Positions 1-10,210 of a stretch of 64,000 nt of DNA are shown here, in pieces. Numbering within the stretch: position 1 is the first letter of the stretch; the number at the start of each line of letters is the position of its first letter. The translations under genes were made by a program, and so were the position numbers. The DNA is from Leptolyngbyaceae cyanobacterium. GTDB taxonomy: Bacteria > Cyanobacteriota > Cyanobacteriia > Phormidesmidales > Phormidesmidaceae. The notes below the pieces were generated by a model, which worked only from the letters and a program-made list of their open reading frames with translations, was not told where the DNA came from and made no database searches. The stretch is taken from contig CBDHHL010000056.1 in NCBI GenBank assembly GCA_965263355.1, forward strand, positions 1,824,001-1,888,000. Direction: 5' to 3'.

Positions 1-27
1 CAATGCTCACTGAGCTGAAACACTTTC

Positions 28-1665
28 ATGACCTCCACCCTATCGTCCACAGCAAATATTGATGCCGCCGTTGAGCAACGTCGTAACTTTGCTATTATTT
101 CTCATCCTGACGCCGGTAAAACGACACTGACCGAAAAACTCCTTCTCTACGGAGGTGCTATCCATGAAGCAGGCTCCGTTAAAGCTCGACGGGCTCAGCG
201 GCATGCCGTTTCTGATTGGATGGAACTAGAACAGCAGCGGGGCATCTCGATTACATCAACGGTGTTGCAGTTTACCTATAGCGACTATCGGATTAATCTA
301 CTGGATACACCAGGACACCAAGACTTTAGTGAAGACACCTACCGTACCCTGGCAGCTGCCGATAATGCCGTCATGTTGGAAGATGCGGCCAAAGGGTTAG
401 AGCCTCAAACGCGCAAACTGTTTGAAGTGTGTAAAATGCGTGGGCTGCCAATTTTCACTTTTTTTAATAAGTTAGATCGCCCTGGGCAAGAGCCTCTAGC
501 CTTACTCGATGAAATTGAAAAAGAACTAGAGCTTTTTACCTACGCCGTTAACTGGCCCATTGGCATGGGGGACCGATTTAAGGGCGTTTTTGATCGACGC
601 AAAAAACAGGTACATCTATTTGAGCGTTCTGCCCATGGAAGTAAAGCTGCGGCAAACACTGTTCTGGAATGGGGTGATCCTCGTATTGAGGCAATGATCG
701 ATGACGACGAAGTGTATGGCCAGTTTCTGGAAGAGCTAGAAATGCTTGATGAACTGGGCCCAGAATTGGATTTGGAACTCGTCCATAGCGGGGAAATGAC
801 CCCTGTATTTTTTGGCAGTGCCATGACCAACTTTGGTGTGGAGCTGTTTTTACGGTCGTTTTTGGACTTTGCTCTACAGCCTAGTCCGCGGGAAAGTACG
901 GTTGGGATGGTTCCTCCCACCAGAGAAGAGTTTTCTGGATTTGTGTTTAAGCTACAGGCCAATATGGATCCAAAACATAGAGACCGGGTAGCCTTTGTCC
1001 GTGTGTGCTCTGGCCGTTTTGAAAAAGACATGGTGGTCAACCATGCTCGATCGGGCAAAAACGTGCGGCTATCCCATCCACAAAAGTTGTTTGGTCAAGG
1101 ACGAGAGTCATTAGATGCAGCCTATCCAGGTGACGTCATTGGTCTGAATAATCCGGGGGTATTTGCTATTGGCGATACCATTTATCAGGGCAAAAAGCTG
1201 GAGTATGAGGGTATTCCGTTTTTCTCCCCTGAGCTGTTTGCCTATCTCAAGAATCCCAACCCGTCTAAGTTTAAACAGTTTCGTAAAGGTGTAACTGAGC
1301 TGCGAGAGGAGGGTGCTGTTCAGATTATGTATTCAGCGGATGAATCAAAGCGGGATCCAATTCTGGCGGCTGTGGGACAGCTACAATTTGAGGTCGTGCA
1401 GTTTAGACTGAGAAATGAATATAACGTTGATACAACCCTAGAAATGTTGCCCTACAGTGTTGCCCGTTGGGTGACTGGTGGATGGGATGCTTTAAAGGAT
1501 GCTGGTCGGTTGTTTAATACGGTGACTGTAAAGGATAGCTATGGGCGTCCGGTGTTACTGTTTCGCAATGAGTGGAATTGTCAGCAGGTGGAAGGGGAGC
1601 ATCCGAAGTTGGCATTGAGTAAAACAGCGCCAGTAGTGTCGGGAAAGGAACCAGAGGATATATAG
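28..1665 (+). CDS. prfC: Peptide chain release factor 3
   Basis: [37 protein letters not shown] and [14 protein letters not shown] motifs. Confidence 0.98.
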   Translation: MTSTLSSTANIDAAVEQRRNFAIISHPDAGKTTLTEKLLLYGGAIHEAGSVKARRAQRHAVSDWMELEQQRGISITSTVLQFTYSDYRINLLDTPGHQDFSEDTYRTLAAADNAVMLEDAAKGLEPQTRKLFEVCKMRGLPIFTFFNKLDRPGQEPLALLDEIEKELELFTYAVNWPIGMGDRFKGVFDRRKKQVHLFERSAHGSKAAANTVLEWGDPRIEAMIDDDEVYGQFLEELEMLDELGPELDLELVHSGEMTPVFFGSAMTNFGVELFLRSFLDFALQPSPRESTVGMVPPTREEFSGFVFKLQANMDPKHRDRVAFVRVCSGRFEKDMVVNHARSGKNVRLSHPQKLFGQGRESLDAAYPGDVIGLNNPGVFAIGDTIYQGKKLEYEGIPFFSPELFAYLKNPNPSKFKQFRKGVTELREEGAVQIMYSADESKRDPILAAVGQLQFEVVQFRLRNEYNVDTTLEMLPYSVARWVTGGWDALKDAGRLFNTVTVKDSYGRPVLLFRNEWNCQQVEGEHPKLALSKTAPVVSGKEPEDI

Positions 1666-1699
1666 GGAGGAGTGAGATTTGTTACTGGGGGATTGGCAC

Positions 1700-1860
1700 T
1701 ACTCCCCACCCCCTCTAACTCCCCCCTTTATAAGGGGGAGAACTGGAATTTCCCCCCTTATAAAGGGGGGATTAAGTTAAAGGAGGGATTAAGTGGGGTA
1801 ATGAAGGATTTTGAGTCCTCTTACGAGATGTGTCTACACCGTAGCCCTCTATGGGGGTAT
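1700..1860. repeat. Cyanobacterial small dispersed repeat element with two CCCCC(C)TTATAA(A)GGGGGG palindromes
   Basis: Two near-perfect palindromes at ~1720-1738 and ~1752-1770; ends in GATGTGTCTACACCGTAGC; intergenic. Confidence 0.75.
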
Positions 1861-1977
1861 GGGGTTTTGAGTTTTCTCACTACGTCACTCAATTGCAGGG
1901 AATTCTGGCTATTTGTTTAACTGGGCGTTGACCTTTCTGAAGACAGAATATTATAGGCACAAAGAATAGGGCATGTT

Positions 1978-3165
1978 ATGCAGATCTATTTAGACTACAG
2001 TGCTACTACGCCGCCACGGGCAGAGGTAATTAAGGCGATGGCATCGGCTATGCAATATGGCTGGGGTAATCCATCGAGCTTACACAGTTGGGGTGGTCAA
2101 GCCGCTACGGTGATGGAAACGGCACGGATGCAGGTGGCGGAGTTGATTGGTGCGCCTGCAAATGGGGTTGTTTTTACGGCCAGTGGAACTGAGGCGAATA
2201 ATCTGGCGATTATGGGGGTGGCGCGACAGTATCGTAAGCCGCGCCATATGATTATTTCGGCGGTGGAGCATTCTGCGATCGCAAAACCCGCTACCTTCCT
2301 GGAACAGCAGGGTTGGCAAATCACTCATTTGCCAGTCAATAGCTATGGCCAGGTACATCCATCAGATTTAGCCAAGGCTCTGCAAAAAGATACGGTGCTG
2401 GTGTCAGTCATTTATGGCCAAAGTGAAGTGGGCACGGTACAACCGATTACTGAGCTAGCCGCTGTCATTCAGGCTAGCGATCAGCTGTCTAAGCCTCTCT
2501 TTCATTCTGATGCTGTGCAGGTGGCGGGGCGATTACCTATAGATGTAAAGCAACTGGGAGTGGATTTACTTTCTATCTCTAGCCATAAGCTGTATGGTCC
2601 TCAAGGCGCAGGGGCACTTTATGTAAAACCAGGCACTGAGTTAATGCCATTGATTAATGGCGGTGGCCAGGAAAATAATTTACGTTCCGGGACTCAAGCA
2701 GTGCCAAGCATTGCTGGATTTGGTATGGCGGCAGAGTTAGCAAGCCAGGAACTCTCACAGGAACAACACCGATTGGTCAGATTGCGGAATTGCTTAATTG
2801 ACCAGTTACAAAGTCATCCTGAACTATCACTGACAGGGCATCCGCAGCAGCGGTTACCTCACCATGTCAGTTTTTATCTACCCAATGCGGATGGTCAAAG
2901 GGTCTCCGGTAAGACGCTAGTACGTCAGTTAAATTCGGCAGGAATCGGTATTAGTGCAGGCTCAGCTTGCCACAGCGGCAAACTGACACCAAGCCCAATT
3001 TTGCAAGCCATGGGATTTAGTGATGCAGCCGCAAAGACTGGCATTCGTCTGACCCTGGGACATCAGACTACAAAAGCGGATGTGGATTGGACTGTGATGG
3101 TGCTGAGACAGATTGTTGAGCGAGTGATGGTGAGTCAACCTGTCGCCGTCGCCGGGCTCACATGA
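1978..3165 (+). CDS. iscS: Cysteine desulfurase (IscS/NifS family)
   Basis: IYLDYSATTP, SSHKLYGPQG (PLP Lys) and SAGSACHSG (catalytic Cys). Confidence 0.93.
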   Translation: MQIYLDYSATTPPRAEVIKAMASAMQYGWGNPSSLHSWGGQAATVMETARMQVAELIGAPANGVVFTASGTEANNLAIMGVARQYRKPRHMIISAVEHSAIAKPATFLEQQGWQITHLPVNSYGQVHPSDLAKALQKDTVLVSVIYGQSEVGTVQPITELAAVIQASDQLSKPLFHSDAVQVAGRLPIDVKQLGVDLLSISSHKLYGPQGAGALYVKPGTELMPLINGGGQENNLRSGTQAVPSIAGFGMAAELASQELSQEQHRLVRLRNCLIDQLQSHPELSLTGHPQQRLPHHVSFYLPNADGQRVSGKTLVRQLNSAGIGISAGSACHSGKLTPSPILQAMGFSDAAAKTGIRLTLGHQTTKADVDWTVMVLRQIVERVMVSQPVAVAGLT

Positions 3166-3169
3166 GAAG

Positions 3170-3220
3170 CTGGATCTTGCAATACATCCACCACCAGACT
3201 TGGTAATTGAAATTGCCTAA
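3170..3220 (+). pseudogene. Remnant of a Uma2/DUF820 family endonuclease
   Basis: Manual translation LDLAIHPPPDLVIEIA* matches the typical Uma2 PPPDLxIEI motif; no start codon. Confidence 0.55.
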
Positions 3221-3279
3221 ACGAGTACAAAACGTTTTATCGTCTTAATCTCTGAATAGCTCACCACCAGTTGGTTTGC

Positions 3280-3351
3280 GATCCTACGGATAGAGCTATA
3301 GGGATAGTAGAAATCATTCGAGTACTCCACGGTGCTCAAAATCTTGAATAA
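3280..3351 (+). pseudogene. C-terminal remnant of a ParE/RelE family toxin
   Basis: Manual translation ...GIVEIIRVLHGAQNLE* resembles the ParE C-terminal VEIxRVLHGxxDL motif. Confidence 0.55.
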
Positions 3352-3452
3352 ATTCGAGATCCGGACTTTTCCCAGTAAGAATAAACCCCTGAAGCTACTC
3401 AAAAAGTCAGATAATTAAAAGCGATTGTTTGTTAAAAACGAAAAATCTGACC

Positions 3453-4166
3453 ATGTCTAACCTGCCGAAGAGCCTTGAGGAAACCATCGATCAAGCCATT
3501 GCCTCTACGAAGGCTGCTATTGAAGATGGCGTTACCCGCCTGCAGGTGGAAATGGTTATCCCTGAACTCAAACAGCAGCCAATTGCTAAACGATTTCTTA
3601 GCCTGTTTGAAGATTTAGGCCTACAGTTTAAGGTCTTATTTCCTGATGCTGGAGCTGCTGCCCTGGCTAAACGCGACTGGGATAATCCAGACTTCATCAT
3701 TCGCGGCATCAATGAAATCCAATCAGCCATCGAGCCAGACGATGAAGCGATTCTGGTAGTCAACCCATCTGCTGTCGAAGTTCAAGACGTTGAAAAACTC
3801 TGCAACGACGCTCAAGATCGCCCGGTTATTATTCTCAATCCCACACTAGAAGACGTCAGCATTGTTGGTATCGGCTACGCCGCCCGTCAGTTAAGGGAAC
3901 GATTTTTGAGTACCTTGACCTCCTGCTACTATTACCGTCCCATGGAAAGCGCAGCCGTATTGCGATGTCACCCCGGTGGATGGCAAGTTTGGCAGGATAT
4001 GGGCGACCAATATGAACTTCAAGCTGAACTCCCAGAGCGCCCCTCCAGTGAGATATTAGAAAAAATCCTCTACGCTGACGAAGAGTCAAACAGTAGTGCA
4101 GCTCCTAAACCCAAGAAAAGTTTACTGGGTGAAGTCCAGAAATTCCTGCGTGCACTGAGCCAGTAA
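3453..4166 (+). CDS. DUF1995 family protein (LPA3-like)
   Basis: LPKSLEE..., FPDAGAAALA and GIGYAARQLRERFL; start moved to ATG 3453. Confidence 0.88.
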   Translation: MSNLPKSLEETIDQAIASTKAAIEDGVTRLQVEMVIPELKQQPIAKRFLSLFEDLGLQFKVLFPDAGAAALAKRDWDNPDFIIRGINEIQSAIEPDDEAILVVNPSAVEVQDVEKLCNDAQDRPVIILNPTLEDVSIVGIGYAARQLRERFLSTLTSCYYYRPMESAAVLRCHPGGWQVWQDMGDQYELQAELPERPSSEILEKILYADEESNSSAAPKPKKSLLGEVQKFLRALSQ

Positions 4167-4181
4167 AAACCAAAAATAGAT

Positions 4182-4280
4182 CTGGTGACTGAGCGGAGGA
4201 GTCGAAGGTACCACCCCGAGCGTACCTTACGACTTCGATCAAGGTACGTTTACCGCTTTTCGTCAAGACTCAGTACGGTA
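4182..4280. repeat. Degenerate dispersed repeat (GGTGACTGAGCGGAG..GTCGAAG / CGACTTCG type)
   Basis: Intergenic sequence with an imperfect inverted pair GTCGAAG/CTTCGA; resembles widespread CTGAGCGGAGTCGAAG repeats. Confidence 0.5.
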
Positions 4281-4369
4281 TCCCGAAAACAAACACCGTT
4301 GTCATGCCAAGCAATCGCCCGCTAGAGTAAAAAGCAGACATGAGTGAATTCACAAATAGATAACTAAAG

Positions 4370-4936
4370 ATGGCTATAGGGCTGATTATTCTCTATTGGG
4401 TTCTGCTCATTGTCATGGCAGCTGGCATTATTGGTGCATTTCTTCCGGCATTCCCAGGTATTGGTCTGATTGTCATTGCTATTGCTATTTGGGGTGCGAT
4501 CGCAGGCTTTAGCAAAGCCGTCATCATCGCCTTGGGCACTGCCATCGCCATTTTGATTACAACTACCGTCATTGACTACCTGGCGGGCTACCTGGGGGCA
4601 AAGAAGGTCGGAGCCAGTAACTGGGGGCAAATTGGTGCCGTGATTGGCATGATTTTAGGCCTATTGGGGCTGTTGCCCGCCTTACCCATTGGTGGTCCAA
4701 TTTTTGGTCTTTTATTTGGCTCAATGCTTGGAGCCTTTATTGGTGAAATGCTTTACCGACGAGACCTACAGCTATCAGCAAGACTTAAACTGGGTGCAAA
4801 AGTAAGTTTGGCAATTATTGTCAGTTCCTTACTTGGCAACGTTATTGCCGGAATACTTTCTATCATTGCAACCGTAGTATTTCTAGTGGCAACATGGCCA
4901 ACTGTGATGTCACCCATACTGTCAATGCTCCCCTGA
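4370..4936 (+). CDS. DUF456 family membrane protein
   Basis: Hydrophobic protein; GAKKVGASNWGQIGA and GAFIGE motifs. Confidence 0.88.
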   Translation: MAIGLIILYWVLLIVMAAGIIGAFLPAFPGIGLIVIAIAIWGAIAGFSKAVIIALGTAIAILITTTVIDYLAGYLGAKKVGASNWGQIGAVIGMILGLLGLLPALPIGGPIFGLLFGSMLGAFIGEMLYRRDLQLSARLKLGAKVSLAIIVSSLLGNVIAGILSIIATVVFLVATWPTVMSPILSMLP

Positions 4937-4947
4937 ACTGACCAATA

Positions 4948-5481
4948 ATGGCCCACCCAGAACACCTAGCAATATTACGCGCTGGGGCCAGAGTGTGGAA
5001 TCGCTGGCGTCAACAAAATACCCAAATCCGTCCGAATTTGAGGGCTGCAGATTTACAAGGCTCTGATTTAGCTGGGTTTAACCTACGGCTTGCTTACTTT
5101 AGCGGAGCAAACCTTAGTCGCGCCTATCTATTCGAGGCCAACCTCAGTGAAACTAATTTTCAAGGCGCTAATCTCAGCCACTGTTGCCTGATTGGGGCTG
5201 ACATGGAAAAAGCCTACTTTGCCGATGCGAACTTATACCATGCCTATTTATCCCAGGCAAACCTGACAGAGGTCTATTTTGGTCATGCCAACTTAGAAAA
5301 GGCCAATTTAACCGACAGTGTTGTCAATGGAGCTTATTTTGGCCAAGCCGACATCACAGAAACTGACTTTAGCAGTGCGAAAGATTTAGCCCCCATGCAG
5401 TTAAGGTTAGCCCATAATTTTGAGCTAGCTATTTTGGCTAAAGATGCTGTTGAAGATCCAGCACAACCCCTATTCGCTTAG
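4948..5481 (+). CDS. Pentapeptide repeat protein
   Basis: A(N/Y)(L/F)xx repeats; WNRWR N-terminus. Confidence 0.92.
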   Translation: MAHPEHLAILRAGARVWNRWRQQNTQIRPNLRAADLQGSDLAGFNLRLAYFSGANLSRAYLFEANLSETNFQGANLSHCCLIGADMEKAYFADANLYHAYLSQANLTEVYFGHANLEKANLTDSVVNGAYFGQADITETDFSSAKDLAPMQLRLAHNFELAILAKDAVEDPAQPLFA

Positions 5482-5503
5482 GTTAAAAGCTCTGTAACTC
5501 TAG

Positions 5504-6703
5504 TTAAACGGTCACTGATGCCGGATAGCGTATACCCGCATTTTTCAGGCGTTGCAAGGCTTCCTGTAACCGAGCATTTTTGGCAATCAAACTAACCCGA
5601 ACAAACCCTTCACCGCCTTCTCCAAACGCACTGCCAGGGGTAACTACCACCCCCGTCTTTTGCAAAACATCCAACGCGAAATCAGCAGCAGTCATTTCTG
5701 GTGGGCAAGGCATCCATAAGTACATAGTGGCCTTTGTTTTAGGCACTGTCCAACCCAGCTCTGCTAAACCATCAATTAGATAATCACGCCGGCTACTATA
5801 GCGATCGCACACGTCCTCAAGATAGGAATCAGGCAGATTTAGGGCTGTTTCTGCCGCCGTTTGAATAGCCGAGAAAATACCATAATCCAGATTGGTTTTA
5901 AGGGTGCGGAGACCTTGAATGATATGGCGGTTACCGACCACAAAGCCCACCCGCCAGCCAGCCATATTGTAGGTTTTAGAAAGGGTGTGAAATTCAACGC
6001 TAAATTCTTTGGCACCAGGTATTTCAAGCACGCTGGTGGGTTGATATCCGTCAAAGGCTAACTCGGCATAGCACAGGTCATGGACCAGCATGATTTCATA
6101 GTGCTTAGCAAAGGCCACAATCTCTTCAAAAAAGGAGCGGGGCGCGGTGGCCCCAGTGGGGTTATTAGGATAGTTGAAGTAAAGCACCTTGGCTCGTCGG
6201 GCGACATCCTCTGGAATAGTGGAGATATCGATTAGCCAGTCGTTTTCTAGCGTTAACATTAGGGGATGAATATGGGCGTTTGCGATCGCAGGCCCCCGAA
6301 AATGTGCCGGATACGATGGTGTTGGTACCAATACCGTATCCCCTGGATCTAAATACGCTAAGGCTAAATGGGTCAACCCTTCTTTTGACCCCAGTAACGG
6401 CAGTGCTTCACCTTCAGGATCAAGAGTTACGCCATAACGGCGATGGTACCAGGCTGTAATTGCATTACGAAAACTAGCCGTCCCTTCAAACGGAGGATAA
6501 CCATGGTGATTGGGATCGGCTAACGCTTTTTGCGCCGCTTCGACCACTGGTGCAGGGGTGGGACCACCAGGATTCCCCATACCCAGATCAATTAAGTCTA
6601 ATCCCTGGGCTCGCGCATTGGCCTTAAGTTCATCCAAGCGCGCAAAGGCGTAAGGAGGCAATTGCTCAAGTCGCTGTGCTTTTTTCATCCAAGCTGGGGT
6701 CAT
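5504..6703 (-). CDS. PLP-dependent class I/II aminotransferase (aspartate / LL-DAP aminotransferase-like)
   Basis: NYPNNPTGA, HDLCYAEL and TLSKTYNMAGWRVG. Confidence 0.9.
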   Translation of the reverse strand: MTPAWMKKAQRLEQLPPYAFARLDELKANARAQGLDLIDLGMGNPGGPTPAPVVEAAQKALADPNHHGYPPFEGTASFRNAITAWYHRRYGVTLDPEGEALPLLGSKEGLTHLALAYLDPGDTVLVPTPSYPAHFRGPAIANAHIHPLMLTLENDWLIDISTIPEDVARRAKVLYFNYPNNPTGATAPRSFFEEIVAFAKHYEIMLVHDLCYAELAFDGYQPTSVLEIPGAKEFSVEFHTLSKTYNMAGWRVGFVVGNRHIIQGLRTLKTNLDYGIFSAIQTAAETALNLPDSYLEDVCDRYSSRRDYLIDGLAELGWTVPKTKATMYLWMPCPPEMTAADFALDVLQKTGVVVTPGSAFGEGGEGFVRVSLIAKNARLQEALQRLKNAGIRYPASVTV

Positions 6704-6718
6704 AGGCCTACCTCCTAA

Positions 6719-7867
6719 TCATGACGGTTGTGACGGTGATTTCGCTTTGGGTAATTGGGTTGACACATCGGTGTAACCACGACGACAAGGAGCTGTAGTA
6801 GACACCATGGCCGCCATTAACTGTTGAGGACTGACCTCAAACGGCAAGTGGTGAATGTCTGACTGAGGCTGACAGGCAAATTCAGCCGCCTGCCGTAACT
6901 CAATTAAGGACATTTCTCCTAATCCCAGATCGCCTAGGGTCATGGGCAACCCAATTTGGTCATAAAACCGCAGCAACTGCTGACGAGCAGCAACGGCCAG
7001 GGCATTGCCCGCTTCCATTTCCTCTAAACGCAGTTGAACTAAGATACCATAGGCTACTTTTTCGCCATGGAGCATACTATGGCTCGCTAGAATTTGGGTT
7101 AAACCATTATGCACTGCGTGGGCTGCAACCGTTCTGCACTGGGCACCCCCCATACCACCAATGACGCCAGCCATCAGCACAGAGGCATCTACGACCTCGC
7201 GCCAGTCGTCTCCACCTAAGTTTTCTAGGGCAGCGGCTGATTTTTGCAAGAGAATATCGCGCAACACTCGTGCCTGTTGCACTGCACCAATAATCATGGT
7301 TTGGGAGGAATGACCGCTACTAACGGAGGCTTCATACCACTTTGCGATCGCATCCCCAATCCCTGACACCAACGTACGTCTAGGAGCAGTCGCTATTAGC
7401 TCATAATCAAGCAATAGCAGATTTGGACAAATGGGCAGGCCCACATCATATCGAAATGCCCCCTGCTCAGAATAAACATTCGACAATGCGGTCCAGGCAG
7501 CACAGGTAGCAGCTGATGTAGGAATGGTAACCACGGGCAACTGCATTTGATAGGCCAACAGTTTAGCCGTATCAAGGGCTTTCCCCCCCCCGACACCAAT
7601 GATCAGATCAGCTGAGTGATCAGCCACAACCTGACGTAGCCGTATCAACGTCGTCTCACAACAGTCAGCCCGATACGAGGCTTGAGCCACATTAAGCTCA
7701 CTAAACATATCGGTTAAAAACGGCGCAGCCGTCTGTAAAGTGCGATCTCCACCCACCATCAAAGGGCGTTGACCTAACTTAGCAATCAGAGACACACTCT
7801 CAGATAAAATGCCTGAGCCACGCACCACCTGAGCGGGTGCCACCATTACCGTAGATAAGATAGACAT
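6719..7867 (-). CDS. Iron-containing alcohol dehydrogenase family (glycerol dehydrogenase-like)
   Basis: GVGGGKALDTAK, GIGDAIAKWYE and AHAVHNGLT..HGEKVAYG. Confidence 0.9.
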   Translation of the reverse strand: MSILSTVMVAPAQVVRGSGILSESVSLIAKLGQRPLMVGGDRTLQTAAPFLTDMFSELNVAQASYRADCCETTLIRLRQVVADHSADLIIGVGGGKALDTAKLLAYQMQLPVVTIPTSAATCAAWTALSNVYSEQGAFRYDVGLPICPNLLLLDYELIATAPRRTLVSGIGDAIAKWYEASVSSGHSSQTMIIGAVQQARVLRDILLQKSAAALENLGGDDWREVVDASVLMAGVIGGMGGAQCRTVAAHAVHNGLTQILASHSMLHGEKVAYGILVQLRLEEMEAGNALAVAARQQLLRFYDQIGLPMTLGDLGLGEMSLIELRQAAEFACQPQSDIHHLPFEVSPQQLMAAMVSTTAPCRRGYTDVSTQLPKAKSPSQPS

Positions 7868-8018
7868 AATTAACGTTTAGCCAATCTATAAAATTCTTGG
7901 ATCACCCAAATACAAATGAGCAAACCAGGTAAACCGAAAAGCTACATATTAGTGATTATTCGCGATTAGTGATCAAAAAGGATATTCCAGAACAGCAGCG
8001 ATATCATCTCAGTACAAT

Positions 8019-8534
8019 CTAACTTTTCTGAATTGTCGCTCGTGCCTTGGCCAACTCAGAATGGGAAAGAGTAATCCGATAACCTGAGTCAGACTCAGCA
8101 TCGGGCTGGACATTACCCAGGTACAAGAGATCTGAAATACCGGGATCACGATGAGCAATAGTGCGCGCACGAATCATCGGAGTCTGACTACCACTTAGTT
8201 GACTGGGATTAAATGACTTGATCGCCGCCTGTTGCAGGGTAGCTTCTAGTTGAACATCGGTAATGTCAGCAGGAACAGCAATTACAAGCTGCGCAGCACC
8301 TGAGTCAAATACCGTAGTGTAGGGTACCGACCCCTCAACTTCAGTTGTCACTAATGGTCGAAAACTAAGCCCAAACAGTCCTACGGTCAAAACACAACAA
8401 AAGCCAGTTGCTCCCACTAATCGAAAGCGTATTCCCCATTTAGGAATGAACGTCAGCGCTGCCAAAGCTGCAAAGGCTAATGTCGTGAACCCCATCCATT
8501 TGGTTGCCTCTAAAAAAAATTCGGGAGTTGGCAT
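8019..8534 (-). CDS. ycf51: Ycf51 family protein (DUF2518)
   Basis: WGIRFRLVGATGF motif; LEATLQQAA. Confidence 0.85.
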   Translation of the reverse strand: MPTPEFFLEATKWMGFTTLAFAALAALTFIPKWGIRFRLVGATGFCCVLTVGLFGLSFRPLVTTEVEGSVPYTTVFDSGAAQLVIAVPADITDVQLEATLQQAAIKSFNPSQLSGSQTPMIRARTIAHRDPGISDLLYLGNVQPDAESDSGYRITLSHSELAKARATIQKS

Positions 8535-8780
8535 AGCAAACTAACGCTTTTGATATCTAATCAGCATAACGTTATTAATCGTATCAGTGGACACCTTTCA
8601 AACGATGAAAACCTTTTGATAAACAACATTTAAATTGAAACCTGGAGTTTCTTCCACGACAAAATTACAGTTCTGGACATGGACAAGGTTCAAATGGATA
8701 TTTTTGGTCATCAAAGCATTTGTTAGGCAGTCCCAAGGCTAGGGTTCACTAAAGGATGTCTTAAAAACTCATCAGGATGC

Positions 8781-10190
8781 ATGCTGAAACGATATCAAGC
8801 AGGGTATCTCAGTCTGCTTATACTAGCCCTAAGTAGTCTGGGGTTGATTACCCTTAGGTGGAAAAGCTTTGGCAAGCCCAAACCGTTACCTCAAGATCCC
8901 CATATTCAAGTTTTCTTTAACCAAACAGAAACTAATACTTATAACGATCCCTATCGTCGTATCCAGCGGTCTGGAAACAATCTAGAGCAAATTTTAATAG
9001 ACGCTATTGGCCAAGCAACGTCATCCATTGATATAGCGGTACAAGAACTGAACCTACCTCAAGTAGCAAAAGCCTTGATAGATAAGGCTCAAGCTGGAAT
9101 TGTTGTGAGAGTAATTCTAGAAAATCAGTATAGCGACCCGTGGAGTAAACAAAATCTTAATTGGATTCGTCAACAGGACGAGCACAGCCGAGGAAAATAC
9201 GAAAATTTGTTTGCATTTGGTGACATCAATGGAGACGGCCACATTTCCTTAGATGAAGCAGTCCAACGGGATGCCATCCTGATGCTGCATCAGGCCAACA
9301 TCCCCATTGTGGACGACACCGATGACGGGACTAAAGGCAGCGGTCTGATGCACCACAAATTTATGATTGTGGACAATCAACACATAGTTACTGGTTCTGC
9401 CAACTTTACCCTCTCCGGTATCCATGGAGACTGGCTGATTCCTGAGAGTCGAGGCAATGCCAATGTACTGCTGCAGATTACCAGCCCAGAGTTAGCCACA
9501 GCCTATACTAATGAATTTAACTTGATGTGGGGTGATGGCCCTGGTGGTCAACCCAATAGTCTGTTTGGGTCACCCAAACCAGCACGACCACTCCAAACAA
9601 TTGCCCTGCCTAACAGCCAAATCTCAGTACACTTTTCACCTCACCGTACTGATACCCCGCAGGAACAAACAACGAATGGCGTCATTGAAACTATCCTCAG
9701 TCAAGCAACACAATCTGTAGATCTGGCACTGTTTGTGTTTACCGATCAGGCCATTGCTAATGCGCTAGCAACAAAATCCCAACTTCAATTACGCACATTA
9801 ATTGATCGTAGTTTTATTTATCGATATCATAGCGAAGCCTTAGACATGTTAGGATTCGCCCTACCTGACCATCGCTGTCAATATGAAAAAGACAACCGTC
9901 CATGGGACAATTCTATCCAAACGGTCGGTTATCCAGTGTTGGCTGATGGCGATAAGCTACACCACAAATTTGCGTTAATAGACAACCAAACCGTGATCAT
10001 CGGCTCTCACAACTGGAGCAAAGCCGCTAACCATAAAAATGATGAGAACCTGTTGATTATTGAGAACGCGCTTGTCGCACAACACTTCAAACAAGAATTT
10101 GAACGACTGTATAAACAAGCAGAACTTGGGCGTACAGAATATCTTATCCAGCAGACAAAAAAGATACAGGAGAAATGCAGCAATGGTTAG
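8781..10190 (+). CDS. Phospholipase D-superfamily nuclease, cyanobacterial competence ComA-like, without a C-terminal HhH domain
   Basis: Two HKD motifs (HHKFMIVD..GSANF and HHKFALID..GSHNW); N-terminal anchor; EF-hand-like DINGDGHISLDE. Confidence 0.85.
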   Translation: MLKRYQAGYLSLLILALSSLGLITLRWKSFGKPKPLPQDPHIQVFFNQTETNTYNDPYRRIQRSGNNLEQILIDAIGQATSSIDIAVQELNLPQVAKALIDKAQAGIVVRVILENQYSDPWSKQNLNWIRQQDEHSRGKYENLFAFGDINGDGHISLDEAVQRDAILMLHQANIPIVDDTDDGTKGSGLMHHKFMIVDNQHIVTGSANFTLSGIHGDWLIPESRGNANVLLQITSPELATAYTNEFNLMWGDGPGGQPNSLFGSPKPARPLQTIALPNSQISVHFSPHRTDTPQEQTTNGVIETILSQATQSVDLALFVFTDQAIANALATKSQLQLRTLIDRSFIYRYHSEALDMLGFALPDHRCQYEKDNRPWDNSIQTVGYPVLADGDKLHHKFALIDNQTVIIGSHNWSKAANHKNDENLLIIENALVAQHFKQEFERLYKQAELGRTEYLIQQTKKIQEKCSNG

Positions 10191-10210
10191 CCCAACCACC
10201 CCCTATAACT

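Noticed and set aside
1672..1920. 82-aa ORF after prfC
   Set aside because: It is the translation of the dispersed repeat (PLYKGG pattern), not a credible protein
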